Below are positions 9,445-20,187 of a stretch of 59,966 bases of DNA, piece after piece. The stretch is taken from the IMG/VR virus record IMGVR_UViG_3300020179_000034, positions 1-59,966 of that record; one strand, written 5' to 3'. Position 1 is the stretch's first letter. Every line of letters begins with the position of its first letter. This stretch comes from a virus (Duplodnaviria > Caudoviricetes). Made by a program: the position numbers and the translations under genes. The notes under the pieces are model-generated. The model was not told where the DNA came from. It worked only from the letters and a program-made list of their open reading frames with translations, and ran no database searches.

Positions 9445-11004
9445 ATGGTAAATTCACTTCAAGGCATCTCCGCGCTTGATCCGCGAGTTGCAGCGACTGA
9501 AAAATTTATTAAAGAGAAGCAGATCCCTCCCGATCAGGTTGAAGACTTTCTGCTCTCTATGGGTGCTGACCCGCGTCTGGCTTCTCTGGTATTCAAATAC
9601 CGCAAAGTGAAAGAGGCGGCAGAAAATCAGCAAAAAAGCCCCCCTTCAACTTCTAACGTCGCTGAAGAAGTTTCTAACCAATACGCTCAACTAAAGCAAC
9701 AGGAGCGTATGCGTCAAGGCGTGGCAGGTATTCCTGCGCCGAATCTCGCTCGTGCGCCTATGCGTGGTGGTATTACAGGTCAGGCTGCGCCGCAAGCGCA
9801 GATGGCTGGTGGCGGCATCGTTGCATTTGCAAATGGTGGTAGACCGCCTAGAACTTACACTGTTGATCCAGAAGGCAACGTCGATATTGGAAGCGTCGGG
9901 GATCTTATTCCTTATGAAGCGCCGGTTGAACCTAAGACGGCTAGTAAATCAACAAGTGTACTTAGACGAATTGCAGGTAATCCGCTACTGCGCCGTGCTG
10001 GTTACGCTGGTCTTGGCTTGACTGCACTGAGCGCTTTCCTTGGCGATGACGAGGAAGAAAAGAAAAAAGAAGAGCCTAAAGTTGAACTTATCGGTTTGAC
10101 CGATGAGCAACGACGTATGTTGGCTGAGCGGGACGCTACCGCTGGCCCAGTGCAAAGTGACGCTGCGATGCCGGGCGCTCCCAAGTTCAGGGGCGCTGAC
10201 TTTTCTCAATACAGAGAGGCTATTAAAGAAGCCGAGAAAAATGTACCGACCGACAGAAAAGCGGCTTTCAATGAAGAAATTCAGCGCCTAAAAGATATTG
10301 GTGCATTTGAAGGTATTGAAGAACGACAAAAAACTCTCAAAGAACAGAAAGAAAAAGCCACTATGTCGCCAGAAAAACGTTTCTGGCTATCGTTCGCCCA
10401 AGCCGGGTTTGCCGCATCTGCAAAAGGTGCGCGTAATCTTTGGGAGACTTTGTCTATGGGCGGTGCCGAAGGCATGAAAGTCTATCAATCCATGAAGGAC
10501 AAAGAGGCAGAAACTCTTGAACGTATTGCAGATAAAGAACTGCAGTTGAAAGACCTTATGGTTGCTAGAAAAACAGGTGCTATGGAGCGTGGCGACAGAC
10601 GATTTGATGAAGCCAGAAAGGATTTGCGCGACCTTCGTTTGCAATATCAAGAGCAGAGAAACATCAACTCCAGAGCAGAAAGCCAGTTCAATGCTAACAT
10701 TTACGGCACTCAAGTTCAGGCTGCTATTGCTAAGATGAGTCGAGACCAAAAGGCCGCGTTTGAAGGACTGCAGCGACAGTATCAGCGTGATATTACGGCG
10801 TCTATGTCTACACAAGACCCGAAGATGCGTGCAGCACTTGAGACTCGCGCTAAAGAAACACTTCAGGCTTTGGGCAATCTTGCCAAAACTGATCCGTCTG
10901 TCATTGGTCGTCTGTTAGAACAAGAAATAGAGAATCAAATAGTAAATAAAAATAGACAAGGCGGCGGTAGTGCTGGTGGTGAAACGTATCTCGGCAGTAT
11001 CTAA
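9445..11004 (+). CDS. Putative ejection/internal virion protein
   Basis: 519 aa, helical, AGGAG RBS, MAGGGIVAFANGG motif; lies within the ejection cluster. Confidence 0.55.
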   Translation: MVNSLQGISALDPRVAATEKFIKEKQIPPDQVEDFLLSMGADPRLASLVFKYRKVKEAAENQQKSPPSTSNVAEEVSNQYAQLKQQERMRQGVAGIPAPNLARAPMRGGITGQAAPQAQMAGGGIVAFANGGRPPRTYTVDPEGNVDIGSVGDLIPYEAPVEPKTASKSTSVLRRIAGNPLLRRAGYAGLGLTALSAFLGDDEEEKKKEEPKVELIGLTDEQRRMLAERDATAGPVQSDAAMPGAPKFRGADFSQYREAIKEAEKNVPTDRKAAFNEEIQRLKDIGAFEGIEERQKTLKEQKEKATMSPEKRFWLSFAQAGFAASAKGARNLWETLSMGGAEGMKVYQSMKDKEAETLERIADKELQLKDLMVARKTGAMERGDRRFDEARKDLRDLRLQYQEQRNINSRAESQFNANIYGTQVQAAIAKMSRDQKAAFEGLQRQYQRDITASMSTQDPKMRAALETRAKETLQALGNLAKTDPSVIGRLLEQEIENQIVNKNRQGGGSAGGETYLGSI

Positions 11005-11006
11005 AA

Positions 11007-14000
11007 ATGCCTCGCTATAGAGTGACAATGCCTGATGGCAGAACATACTCAATTGATGGGCCAGAAGGTCTTAGCAATCAAGAAGTAGTCGCCGCTGTTC
11101 AGCGCAAACTTGGAGCAGGCAAAGAGCCGGGCAAGACCACATTAGGCGGTGAACTGAAAGAAGCCGTCAAAGGCATCATACCCGGTGCTGCTGGGCTACT
11201 TGAAACAGCGGCTACAGGTGCTGCTGCACTCCTGCCTGAAGAAGCAGAAATGGCTGTTCGTAGTAAGGCTGCTCAACTGGCTGGCGCTACCCGTGAAGCA
11301 TTCAAGGCTGCTCCCGGTTACGAAGAATCTACGGGCCGTAAATTCGGTGAGGCTCTTGGTTCTACTGCACCGTTCTTTGCTCTTGGCCCGCTCGGTGCCG
11401 CTGGACGGGCTGGCGCACTCGGTCTTGGTGTAGGTGCTGGTGCAGGTGAAGCGCGACAACGTGCAGAAACTGAAGGCGGGGAAGAATCAAAAGGCTTAGC
11501 CACTGCGGCAGGTGCCGTTGTCGGCGTAAGCGAAGTATTCCCCGTATTTAATTTTGTTAAGCGTTTGCCTCGCGATACTAAACTAGCGATGGTGGATCGT
11601 ATCAAGCGTGGATTCCAAGCGGCTGGTGAAGAAGGCGCACAGGAAGCGGCTGCTCAAATCGGGCAAAACTTAATTGCCAGAGGTATCTATAAGCCAAGCC
11701 AGTCTTTAATTGAGGGCGCTGGCGAAGAAGGTGCTTACGGCGCAGGTGTTGGTGCCTTTATTCAAGTTCTTACTGATATGGCGCTCGGTCGCCGTGCCGT
11801 GACACCGCCTCCGGCTCCTACCGCTGAAGAGAAACTAACTCAGCCTGAAACGCCGCCCACTGCACCGCCCGGAACACAGGCCGCTGCACGTGAAGCAGTG
11901 CAGAAACAGGTCGAAACAAAAGAAACAGTTAAGCAAGCAATCAGCGATGAGGAAGACGCGCAGGAAGAAGCCCGTCGTGAACGCGCGGCTATTCAGGCAT
12001 ATGAGCGTAGTGTCTTAGATCAAGACGAAGAACTGCGTCGTTACTATGACGGAGAGACACTTCGTGAGGCGGCAGAAGCAGAGCGTCTGGCTCCTGTTGA
12101 GGAAGACATTCCTTACATGCCGCCCGCTGCGCCTGCGGTTGAGCCTGAACTTGTAGAAAGACCTGAAAGCTATGAAGGCTTAATGGATGCGAGGTCTTTT
12201 AGGGAACGAGAAGAAGCCGCTGCAATAACTGCAGATCTAATAGAGCAAGAAAAAGCAGATATACAAGAGGCTAAAGATTTATTAACTGATATTGATAAGG
12301 GTGAAGTGGCTATTAACCCTGCTCAAGTTAGCAATGTAGCCAGAAATCTAGGCGTAAAACTTTCGCCAGAATCTACTTTACCTGACACTGTTGAAAAAAT
12401 TAGGCAGGCCGTAGAAGTAGCGGAAGCTGCTCCCATAACTATGCCCGGTATATTGACTGCTATAGTACCGAAGAGAAAAGAGGGCACGCGCTCACCGGTT
12501 CCTACTTTTGAAGAATTTCTTCAGCAACAAGAAGAACCCGAATACACGATGCGCGATGCCGCGCTTGAGGTATTTAAGGAGACAGGCAAGACCAACGTAG
12601 ACACGTTGCGTACCCGACTGGCTATCCCATTGCAGGAAGCCAAAGAACTTAGGCAGTCTTTAATTGACGAAGGGCTACTTGTAAGGCGCGGCAACACCTA
12701 TATATTGCAGGAAGTAGAAGCGGCTTCGACTGTCAAAGCAGAGGAGGTTAAAGATGCAGGCATACGCGCCAGAGATATTGAAGAAGTTGACACTGGAGCA
12801 GTTGGAAGAGGCGATATTCTGCCTCCATCACGACCTGTATCCGCAGGACAAGTTACTGCAGAGCCTGCAGTTACCGCAGTGGAACGAGTTAGCGAACCTG
12901 CTGCAATTACTCCTGCGAGAACGGAGAGCGTCGAACCTGCACTAACTGCGGGTAAACCTGCATTACCTGAGAATAAAGTAAAGAAAGCAGCGGAAGCAAT
13001 TACTGCTCGCCGCATACAGCCGGGCTTGCCTCTTGAAGATACCCGTGAAGCAGAACCAAAAAAGGCTGCTCCATTTAAATTTATTGGTAGACGGGCTATC
13101 TTAGATGAAGCAAAAGCGTTGTATGAAGTTGGACAAATAAGCCCGCGCACTTACCGTGCCATAGCAAAAGAAATTTCTTCTGCACCATTTGGTGAATTAA
13201 AACAGCGCGACTTAGTAAAGATACGCAATAAATTACGTGCGTCTCAGCAGCGTATCCAAGCAACTCAAGAGGCTCCTGTAGAGCAGGAGAAAATAGAAAC
13301 TCCGGTTTCTACCGACGAAGAACTTGCTGCGTTTTACAAACGCAGGCAGGAAGAAGATACTCAGCAACGTGTACGCCGTGTACGCCGTGATCGCCGTGAT
13401 ATTGGTCTGCGCTTTGAGCGCGGTAAAGGCGCAGGCATGGATGCGGATCGCGTCTATGAAGTCGCTAACAAAATTGCCTCAACTTGGAAAAATCCGCCTC
13501 GTATCTTTGTGGTGCAGTCCGTTAGTGAACTACCTGACACGTTGCGAGATCGCATTCCTAGTGATGCCAAGGGTTTTCATATCCGTGGCGATGTGTTTTT
13601 GATTGGAGACAATCTCTCCTCAGACACTGGAGTCAAAGCCACGCTGTTCCATGAGTCGTTAGGCCACTACGGTCTTAACACTGTATTTGGACGGCGTCTG
13701 CGCGAGGTCTTGCTTGACATCTACCGGACTAATCCGGCGATGCGTAAGGCTGCTGACAAGTGGATCAAGAACAACCCCGACACCTACGCCAACTTGGGTG
13801 CTGAGAACGAACGGTCTATGGCGGTAGAGGAAGTGCTTGCCGGGTCTTCCTCGCAAGGTGCTATCAAAGACGCAGGTATTCGTGCTGCTTTTAACCGTGT
13901 CGCTGCCTTGGTGCGTAAGTTCCTGCGGGGCATGGGCTTCCAGATCAACTACAGCAACAACGACATTCGGCAGATCATCATCGAGGCTCACGATTCGGTC

Positions 14001-16796
14001 ACGACTAAGCGGCGCGAACAAGTCTACGGCGACGGTACAATAGCATTTGAACGTAAAAAATCTGAAGCCCGACTTAGTAATGTCTTCGATGTAAACCTTA
14101 CTGCGCCAAGGTATAACAGTCAGATTGGTGACGGCGTACGTGGTGCGCTTGAAAGAGTTGGAGAAAACCTACGCGATGCGGCGATAGGTCTATTGGCGGT
14201 GCCGCACATAGCAGAAGTTTGGCAGTCTAAACTTCCCGCCGTAGAAAAACTTGACCGTATCATTAACGAACGTGGCGCGACTGAAATGAGTCGGCGCGAG
14301 GAAGTTGCTGCTAACGTAACTAAGTGGTTTGACTTGTCTAACAAGTACAGAGACCAGCCTCAAATTTTAGATAAGTTTTTTCAAATCGCAAATATGACTA
14401 CGGTCTATCAAGTAGACCCGCTCAGTTCAGAAAAAGGCACCGCTGGTTTTGTAACACGCGAAGTTCTTAAAAAACCCAAAAACGAAATGAATGGGCAAGA
14501 ACGCGCTGGCTACGACATCATTAGAGAGTATGACAAATTACCTGCTGACCTTCGTCAAGCCTACAAAGAACTGCGAGAAACCTACGACAGAAAAGGTAAA
14601 GAGTTGTTTGCTTTGATGGAACAGCGGCTTGGTAAAGATGTTGTAGACAAACTCAAAGCCAAGTATGACTCGAAGCGTTTGCAGGTGTACCTGCCGCTGT
14701 GGCGTAGCGGTAACTACTGGCTCACGTATAAAGACAAAAACAACGAAACAATTACCTCGGCATATGCAAGTAATGTTGATAGACAACGTGCCATCGAAGT
14801 CGCTACCAAACAAGGTGGTAAAGACTTTACTGCTTTCTCACGACTTAGTGAGGCGCGTAGAAGTGGCCCCCCGCCGACCGGGTTTTTGGGCGATGTAGTT
14901 CGTGAAATGGAAGCCAAAGGTGCGCCGCAGGACATGATTGATGCGGTGTACGAAACCTTCTTGAACTATCTCCCGGCAGAGTCCATCCGGCAACAATTGC
15001 AATCGCGTGAAGAGTCATACGATTTCAAGACCGGAACAAACAGGTACGGCGTGTTCGGCTTTGAGCCTGATGTATTTCAGGCTTATGCCAACGTGGCTAC
15101 CCGCATGGCGAACCAACTGACAAATCTTGAGTACGCCATCCCGTTTGAAGAGACGATGAAAGAAATTAAAAAGCAGGCAGGCGGCGAAAGAATAACTGAG
15201 CCGACCCTTCGGTCTGTCTACACAAATCTTGAAAAGAAAGTTAACTTCATTCGCAATCCAGAAGTCAACTGGTTTGTTGATAAATCAAGTTACTTCAGTT
15301 ACCTATGGTATATCGCGGGTAACATGTCTTCGGCGTTTATTAATACAACTCAGTTGCCTATGGTGGTTGTGCCACTACTAGGCGGTAAGTATGGTTACGA
15401 TAAAAGTTTAGCCGCCATGGAACGTGCTATGGGCATGTATTTCAACGGTGGTTGGGACAGCAACAACGGCGGTAAAAGTGCTTTCCCGTCTGACTTTACA
15501 TTTGGTGCCGCCAAAAACATAAAGCCGGAACACAAACGGCTTTATAACGCTGCTGTATCCCGTTCGGCTATTCGTCGCTCCACTGGCTATGAAATTACCG
15601 AAGCGCAAAAAAGTGGAGTTAAAGACTATACGGGTATAGGCGCACGAGTTACGCACGGCCTAGGTTGGGTGTTCCAAAATTCTGAACGCTTCAACCGCGA
15701 AGTCACTTTGCTTGCGGCGTTTGACCTTGCATACAAAAAAACTGGCAACGTAGACAAAGCCATTGAAGAAGCCATCAAAGTAGTGAACGACGCTCACGGG
15801 CCAGCGTTGGCAGAAGCAGGGCCGCGCTTGTTCCAGTCTGGTATAGGTAAAATGATGTTTACCTTCAAACGGTTCGCGCAGGCACAGATATATTTGCTTG
15901 CCAAACTATTTAATCAAGCATTTAAGGGTGCTGATCCTACCACCCGCGAGGTAGCACGTAGCCAGTTGATCGGTATCTTTGGGTCATCGTTCTTGATTGC
16001 TGGCTTGCAAGGCATGCCGCTCTATGGTGCGGTGGAATTCTTGGCTAACCTACTTATGGGCGACGATGATGAGCCTTATAACTTTGATGCCTACGTGAAT
16101 TCCAAGTTTGGTGAGACAGGTCGCAAAGGACTGCTCAACCAGATGATCGGCGTGGACGTTGCATCCCGTACCGGCTTTAACGGTTTGATCTGGCGCGAAG
16201 ACCCCAGAAGAATGAGTGAAGTAGGTGTGCTTACGTACGGTTTGGAGCAGGCACTCGGGCCGTCTTACGCTGCATTCGTAAATATGGGTCGTGGTATTAA
16301 ACTCTTTAAGGAAGGCGAATATCAGCGTTCTGTCGAGGCGTTCTCTCCGTCCTTTATACGTAATGGGTTAAAGGCCATGCGTATAGCAGAAGAAGGAGTA
16401 AGGTCAAAAGACGGCACTCCAATTGTAGAGGACGTTAGTAAGTATAACGTGATGATGCAGGCTGTTGGGTTTAATTCTGCCGAAGCCGCAGAAGCGCGAG
16501 AACGTGCAGGGTTCGATTACAAAATTCAAAAAGGATTGCTCAATCGACGTACTGCGCTGCTTGATCAATACTATGCCGCTTGGCAAGAAAACGATGAGCA
16601 AGGTATGCAAGAAGCGTTGGATAGCATAGCCAAGTTCAACGAAAAGAACCCTCAACGTGGTTTACGTATTAAAGGCAGTACGCTCATCAAGTCGATCAAA
16701 GGCCGTACAACCAGACAAGAAATGTCAGTTGATGGCTTGTACATGCCGATGCCAATACGGAATCGTGTACAAGAAATACTTGAGGGCGGCAGTTAG
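11007..16796 (+). CDS. Large polyvalent/ejection protein (zincin-like metallopeptidase motif, PLxRFG-like domain)
   Basis: 1929 aa. ATLFHESLGHYG followed by EEVLA; YLPLWRSGNY; last gene of the virion arm. Confidence 0.7.
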   Translation: MPRYRVTMPDGRTYSIDGPEGLSNQEVVAAVQRKLGAGKEPGKTTLGGELKEAVKGIIPGAAGLLETAATGAAALLPEEAEMAVRSKAAQLAGATREAFKAAPGYEESTGRKFGEALGSTAPFFALGPLGAAGRAGALGLGVGAGAGEARQRAETEGGEESKGLATAAGAVVGVSEVFPVFNFVKRLPRDTKLAMVDRIKRGFQAAGEEGAQEAAAQIGQNLIARGIYKPSQSLIEGAGEEGAYGAGVGAFIQVLTDMALGRRAVTPPPAPTAEEKLTQPETPPTAPPGTQAAAREAVQKQVETKETVKQAISDEEDAQEEARRERAAIQAYERSVLDQDEELRRYYDGETLREAAEAERLAPVEEDIPYMPPAAPAVEPELVERPESYEGLMDARSFREREEAAAITADLIEQEKADIQEAKDLLTDIDKGEVAINPAQVSNVARNLGVKLSPESTLPDTVEKIRQAVEVAEAAPITMPGILTAIVPKRKEGTRSPVPTFEEFLQQQEEPEYTMRDAALEVFKETGKTNVDTLRTRLAIPLQEAKELRQSLIDEGLLVRRGNTYILQEVEAASTVKAEEVKDAGIRARDIEEVDTGAVGRGDILPPSRPVSAGQVTAEPAVTAVERVSEPAAITPARTESVEPALTAGKPALPENKVKKAAEAITARRIQPGLPLEDTREAEPKKAAPFKFIGRRAILDEAKALYEVGQISPRTYRAIAKEISSAPFGELKQRDLVKIRNKLRASQQRIQATQEAPVEQEKIETPVSTDEELAAFYKRRQEEDTQQRVRRVRRDRRDIGLRFERGKGAGMDADRVYEVANKIASTWKNPPRIFVVQSVSELPDTLRDRIPSDAKGFHIRGDVFLIGDNLSSDTGVKATLFHESLGHYGLNTVFGRRLREVLLDIYRTNPAMRKAADKWIKNNPDTYANLGAENERSMAVEEVLAGSSSQGAIKDAGIRAAFNRVAALVRKFLRGMGFQINYSNNDIRQIIIEAHDSVTTKRREQVYGDGTIAFERKKSEARLSNVFDVNLTAPRYNSQIGDGVRGALERVGENLRDAAIGLLAVPHIAEVWQSKLPAVEKLDRIINERGATEMSRREEVAANVTKWFDLSNKYRDQPQILDKFFQIANMTTVYQVDPLSSEKGTAGFVTREVLKKPKNEMNGQERAGYDIIREYDKLPADLRQAYKELRETYDRKGKELFALMEQRLGKDVVDKLKAKYDSKRLQVYLPLWRSGNYWLTYKDKNNETITSAYASNVDRQRAIEVATKQGGKDFTAFSRLSEARRSGPPPTGFLGDVVREMEAKGAPQDMIDAVYETFLNYLPAESIRQQLQSREESYDFKTGTNRYGVFGFEPDVFQAYANVATRMANQLTNLEYAIPFEETMKEIKKQAGGERITEPTLRSVYTNLEKKVNFIRNPEVNWFVDKSSYFSYLWYIAGNMSSAFINTTQLPMVVVPLLGGKYGYDKSLAAMERAMGMYFNGGWDSNNGGKSAFPSDFTFGAAKNIKPEHKRLYNAAVSRSAIRRSTGYEITEAQKSGVKDYTGIGARVTHGLGWVFQNSERFNREVTLLAAFDLAYKKTGNVDKAIEEAIKVVNDAHGPALAEAGPRLFQSGIGKMMFTFKRFAQAQIYLLAKLFNQAFKGADPTTREVARSQLIGIFGSSFLIAGLQGMPLYGAVEFLANLLMGDDDEPYNFDAYVNSKFGETGRKGLLNQMIGVDVASRTGFNGLIWREDPRRMSEVGVLTYGLEQALGPSYAAFVNMGRGIKLFKEGEYQRSVEAFSPSFIRNGLKAMRIAEEGVRSKDGTPIVEDVSKYNVMMQAVGFNSAEAAEARERAGFDYKIQKGLLNRRTALLDQYYAAWQENDEQGMQEALDSIAKFNEKNPQRGLRIKGSTLIKSIKGRTTRQEMSVDGLYMPMPIRNRVQEILEGGS

Positions 16797-16999
16797 CCGA
16801 TACGCCAGACCCTGACACCAAGATGTCCATCCTTGGACGAGGCGTAAGCCTTCACCCTAACCTTGGCAATCTTGGCGCAGGTATCTAACTTATACAGCAT
16901 CTCTGCCGGTTTGACGGTAGGCACGAAGAAAGAATCCCCGACTTCCATACCGTCAAACGGAAAGACCCACTCAGGTTCCTGAAGCCTTGTTTCCGTCAT
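16793..16999 (-). CDS. Small putative DNA-binding protein
   Basis: FPFDGMEVGDSFFVP...GVRVWR, a common phage small-protein pattern; last gene of the - arm. Confidence 0.7.
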   Translation of the reverse strand: MTETRLQEPEWVFPFDGMEVGDSFFVPTVKPAEMLYKLDTCAKIAKVRVKAYASSKDGHLGVRVWRIG

Positions 17000-19799
17000 C
17001 CTTAAACTTTTCCAAGAATTCTTTAGTTACAGCAGGGTCAGCGCGGAAAGCGTAAGTCCAGATTGGTGAGGTCACGCCACCTTTCCACCCCGTTGAGAGA
17101 CGCATCTTCTTGGCATCTACGAGGGTTCCCTTCGCCTTCAACACCGTCTCCATCTCTTCTGTGCTGACGTTGCACTCCGTGACTAAATACTTTCTTAATT
17201 CAGTTTTGGAGATGTACTGCATGTTGGTATCAATTTCAATTCGTGCCACGATTGCGCCGTACGCATTTGCAATTTGCCTGCCTTCGTTAAACACGAGAAT
17301 ACCGTTCTGATACTTAAGCAAAAACTCTGTGATGAGAGCCTCGTAATCCACTTCGCCGTCTTTCATTGTTTTGTCCCTAACCATGATTGATTGCAGCAGT
17401 ACATAGTTGAATAGCCTATCCAAGTCATAGTTCACAATATCGGCCTCAATGGCTAACTCCAGCCCAGCGAACGTGGAACTGATAGCGTTCTCATAGAACC
17501 GATATGAAACGTCCGTGCCGAACCGCGACTGCCTGATCCGCTCGTGCCACTTCTCCAGCGTCTTGATAGTGGCTTCATCTCCAATACGCATCAGGTGCTT
17601 GATGTACTCAAACCCAGCCCACCCATAGTTGGTGTTAAATGGATCAAAAATTTCTTCACCCAGTTTGGAATTGTCTGCCATAGCCGCAGGCCGATTGATG
17701 CGGAACTCCATGTAACGAGCCATCTCACCAGTCGGGTTACGCTTGGCTGCAAAAATCTTATCCCGCATAGACTCGTTGGATGTCATCAAGCACAGTTGTG
17801 ACGCAGTCAACTCCTGCTCACGCTCAGCATTGACGCTTGACTGCAACCGAATCTTGCCCTTGCCTTGTGAAACAGAGTGAATTAAGTTTGAAAGTTCCTT
17901 CGGGTCTTTGTCCTTGACCTCGTCTAAGCATAGGATAATGTTCTTCAAGTTAAGGGCGCGTTGTACTAGTCCGTTGTCAGTTGCCTTGTAGACGCTGACG
18001 TTCTTGGGATTAGCGAACACGCTACTAGCCGCAAGCAGCGCACCAGTCTTACCGCCACCCGTGTTGCCCGTGTAGCAGAAGGTCATACCGCTTGTGGTGC
18101 AGAACCGCATCAACGGAGAACCGAACGCCATACCAAGGGCAAAGGCATGCATCTCAAATCCCGGCGCGTTTAGTTTGTTAGCACACTCCTGCCACTTCTC
18201 GTAGGAACCCTGCGGCTCAAGCATCTTGGCGATGCTCTTTACCATTGGGGACACCGGGGCATGCCGCTCTTTGCCTTCCCGAGTGATCTCTACGTTACCG
18301 ATAACGAACGCATCGTTTTCTAGCGTCCATCCCATCTGACCACGTATCTGTTCAGCAGCATCCTGCGACTGTAAGTAGTGCGCCCATTTAGTCATGTATT
18401 CCACCAGTTTAGGCCATTGTGCTTGCATAGGCGGGGAGACACCCGCCTTACCGAGCGTTCGTTTGAACTCGTCCAAAGACTGCATAGACTCGTGAGTCAG
18501 TTCAAACTCGCGAACTTCGTGAGGCAGTAATGCACGAATCGTAAATATCTCTCCATCAGAACGACTGTACATACGCTTGATAGGAAAGAAATCATTAGTT
18601 GATATCAGAGTTGGTTCTGGTTGATATCGTGATCCGTCTTCATCAACTTCGGCGGGGGGTAGGAAATAAATTCCTCCGGTTCGTCCACGTACATAGGGAC
18701 GGATCGCAGGTGGAAATACCGAAACTTCTTTGGAATCCTCCTCGACCCGAACTGCGTCCTCCTTGGGACTTTCCGTGGCTTCGACAAAGCGTCGTCCAAC
18801 GGCAAGAGGGTTTGTGATGCGACCTCGGAAGGCGCAGCCGTCGCACCCGCCGGGGTTGAGTTCGTTAAACTTGTCGCACGAAAAAGGTTTACCAAAAGAC
18901 TGATTAGCCTTGCGAATTGTTGCTTCATAGTTGTACTCAGGGTGGTCTTCAGACATCAAGTGGATGGATGCTTCCCAGTCGGTGCAGTGCCGTGCGATTG
19001 ACAGTCCTGCATACCAAAGCGGTTCTTCTAATTTGGAAGCGTTAGTTAGAATGTGTTTGATCTGAGCGCAGCCCTGATCGTTCAGACTTTTCTCTGCGAT
19101 GTCTTGGAACGTGGTCTCGTAGTTGTCGAGCCGCGCTATCTTCTTTGTATCTTCATCAAGCCCTTTCGGCAGTAAGTCAAGAATTGATCCACTAGTGCTA
19201 ACTTCGCCTAAGTAATTCTTAAACATGTCGAAGTCGTACTCTACGAACTCCGTGTCCAAGAACTTGGTCGGTACAGGTAGATCAGTCTTGTAGTTAAGTG
19301 TCTCGGGGCAGCGCAGGATACGCGCCGCATCTGCCGTTACGGCAGGATCAATCTTGAGATAGTCTAAGCACATCTGCTTGAACTTAGTGGCGTAAACCTT
19401 CCATTCGTCGGTCGGTACGTCACGATCAAAAATCCAATAAGCATGCACCCCGCCACCAGAATCCACACGGACAGGAGGAGGAAGTTCGTACTGCTTGACG
19501 AAATCATCCAACGCAGCAAGTGCTTCGTTTTTGCTGCGGTACTTCTTATCGTTGTCGCCAACGTCAAGATCAATAAAGAATGTCTTGCAGAACTGAGCGT
19601 AATCAGTCTTGCGGCTATGACCCTTGAAACTATTTAGTGCGACAAATACATTCTGGCCTCCATTAGCAAACTCGTTAATTACTACAACCAAGTCGTCGAG
19701 TGTTTCCACGAAGCGGTGAGTTGTTTTGTCATTCTTAATACCGGCAACACAGTAAACACCCTGCGACGGTAATGCTTTCTGGTAAAATTCTTTTTGCAT
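16971..19799 (-). CDS. Primase-helicase (RepB/AEP-like primase plus DUF927-type helicase)
   Basis: FIDLD and SGGGVHAYW primase motifs, Cys cluster, Walker A GNTGGGKT, Walker B CLDE. Confidence 0.85.
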   Translation of the reverse strand: MQKEFYQKALPSQGVYCVAGIKNDKTTHRFVETLDDLVVVINEFANGGQNVFVALNSFKGHSRKTDYAQFCKTFFIDLDVGDNDKKYRSKNEALAALDDFVKQYELPPPVRVDSGGGVHAYWIFDRDVPTDEWKVYATKFKQMCLDYLKIDPAVTADAARILRCPETLNYKTDLPVPTKFLDTEFVEYDFDMFKNYLGEVSTSGSILDLLPKGLDEDTKKIARLDNYETTFQDIAEKSLNDQGCAQIKHILTNASKLEEPLWYAGLSIARHCTDWEASIHLMSEDHPEYNYEATIRKANQSFGKPFSCDKFNELNPGGCDGCAFRGRITNPLAVGRRFVEATESPKEDAVRVEEDSKEVSVFPPAIRPYVRGRTGGIYFLPPAEVDEDGSRYQPEPTLISTNDFFPIKRMYSRSDGEIFTIRALLPHEVREFELTHESMQSLDEFKRTLGKAGVSPPMQAQWPKLVEYMTKWAHYLQSQDAAEQIRGQMGWTLENDAFVIGNVEITREGKERHAPVSPMVKSIAKMLEPQGSYEKWQECANKLNAPGFEMHAFALGMAFGSPLMRFCTTSGMTFCYTGNTGGGKTGALLAASSVFANPKNVSVYKATDNGLVQRALNLKNIILCLDEVKDKDPKELSNLIHSVSQGKGKIRLQSSVNAEREQELTASQLCLMTSNESMRDKIFAAKRNPTGEMARYMEFRINRPAAMADNSKLGEEIFDPFNTNYGWAGFEYIKHLMRIGDEATIKTLEKWHERIRQSRFGTDVSYRFYENAISSTFAGLELAIEADIVNYDLDRLFNYVLLQSIMVRDKTMKDGEVDYEALITEFLLKYQNGILVFNEGRQIANAYGAIVARIEIDTNMQYISKTELRKYLVTECNVSTEEMETVLKAKGTLVDAKKMRLSTGWKGGVTSPIWTYAFRADPAVTKEFLEKFKDDGNKASGT

Positions 19800-19813
19800 A
19801 CACTGCCACAGAT

Positions 19814-19842
19814 AAAAAAGGCGGGGTCAGAAGTCCCCCGCC
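19814..19842 (-). terminator. Intrinsic terminator upstream of the primase-helicase gene
   Basis: Minus strand GGCGGGG-gacttctga-CCCCGCC followed by TTTTTT. Confidence 0.75.
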
Positions 19843-19866
19843 AAAGAGGTGTAAAACGAAACTAAA

Positions 19867-20178
19867 TCAAAGATTTCCTCCCAACATTTGAGAGACGTAT
19901 ATCTTCGCGTCGAGAGAGTTACGAGCGGGAAGTACACCCTGCTTCATATCTTCCTCAATGAGGTAGATGAAGGCTTCAATGCGGGTGCGCTTCTCCTCTC
20001 TTATACCCTGTCCCCTGAACCACGCATAGACCGTAGTTCGTGAGGTCTCTAACGCTTTAGCCACGTAAGCCGCAGGGAGGTTAGCCTCGACACATACTCT
20101 GCCAAGTTTCACCCCCAAGCGGTTGGGGTCTCCGTCTTTTAGCGCGACCAAGAACTTGTCGCCATATGAGCGAGGCAT
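19867..20178 (-). CDS. HTH (XRE-like) transcriptional regulator
   Basis: VAKALETSRTTVYAWFRG helix-turn-helix. Confidence 0.75.
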   Translation of the reverse strand: MPRSYGDKFLVALKDGDPNRLGVKLGRVCVEANLPAAYVAKALETSRTTVYAWFRGQGIREEKRTRIEAFIYLIEEDMKQGVLPARNSLDAKIYVSQMLGGNL

Positions 20179-20187
20179 GGTAACTCC

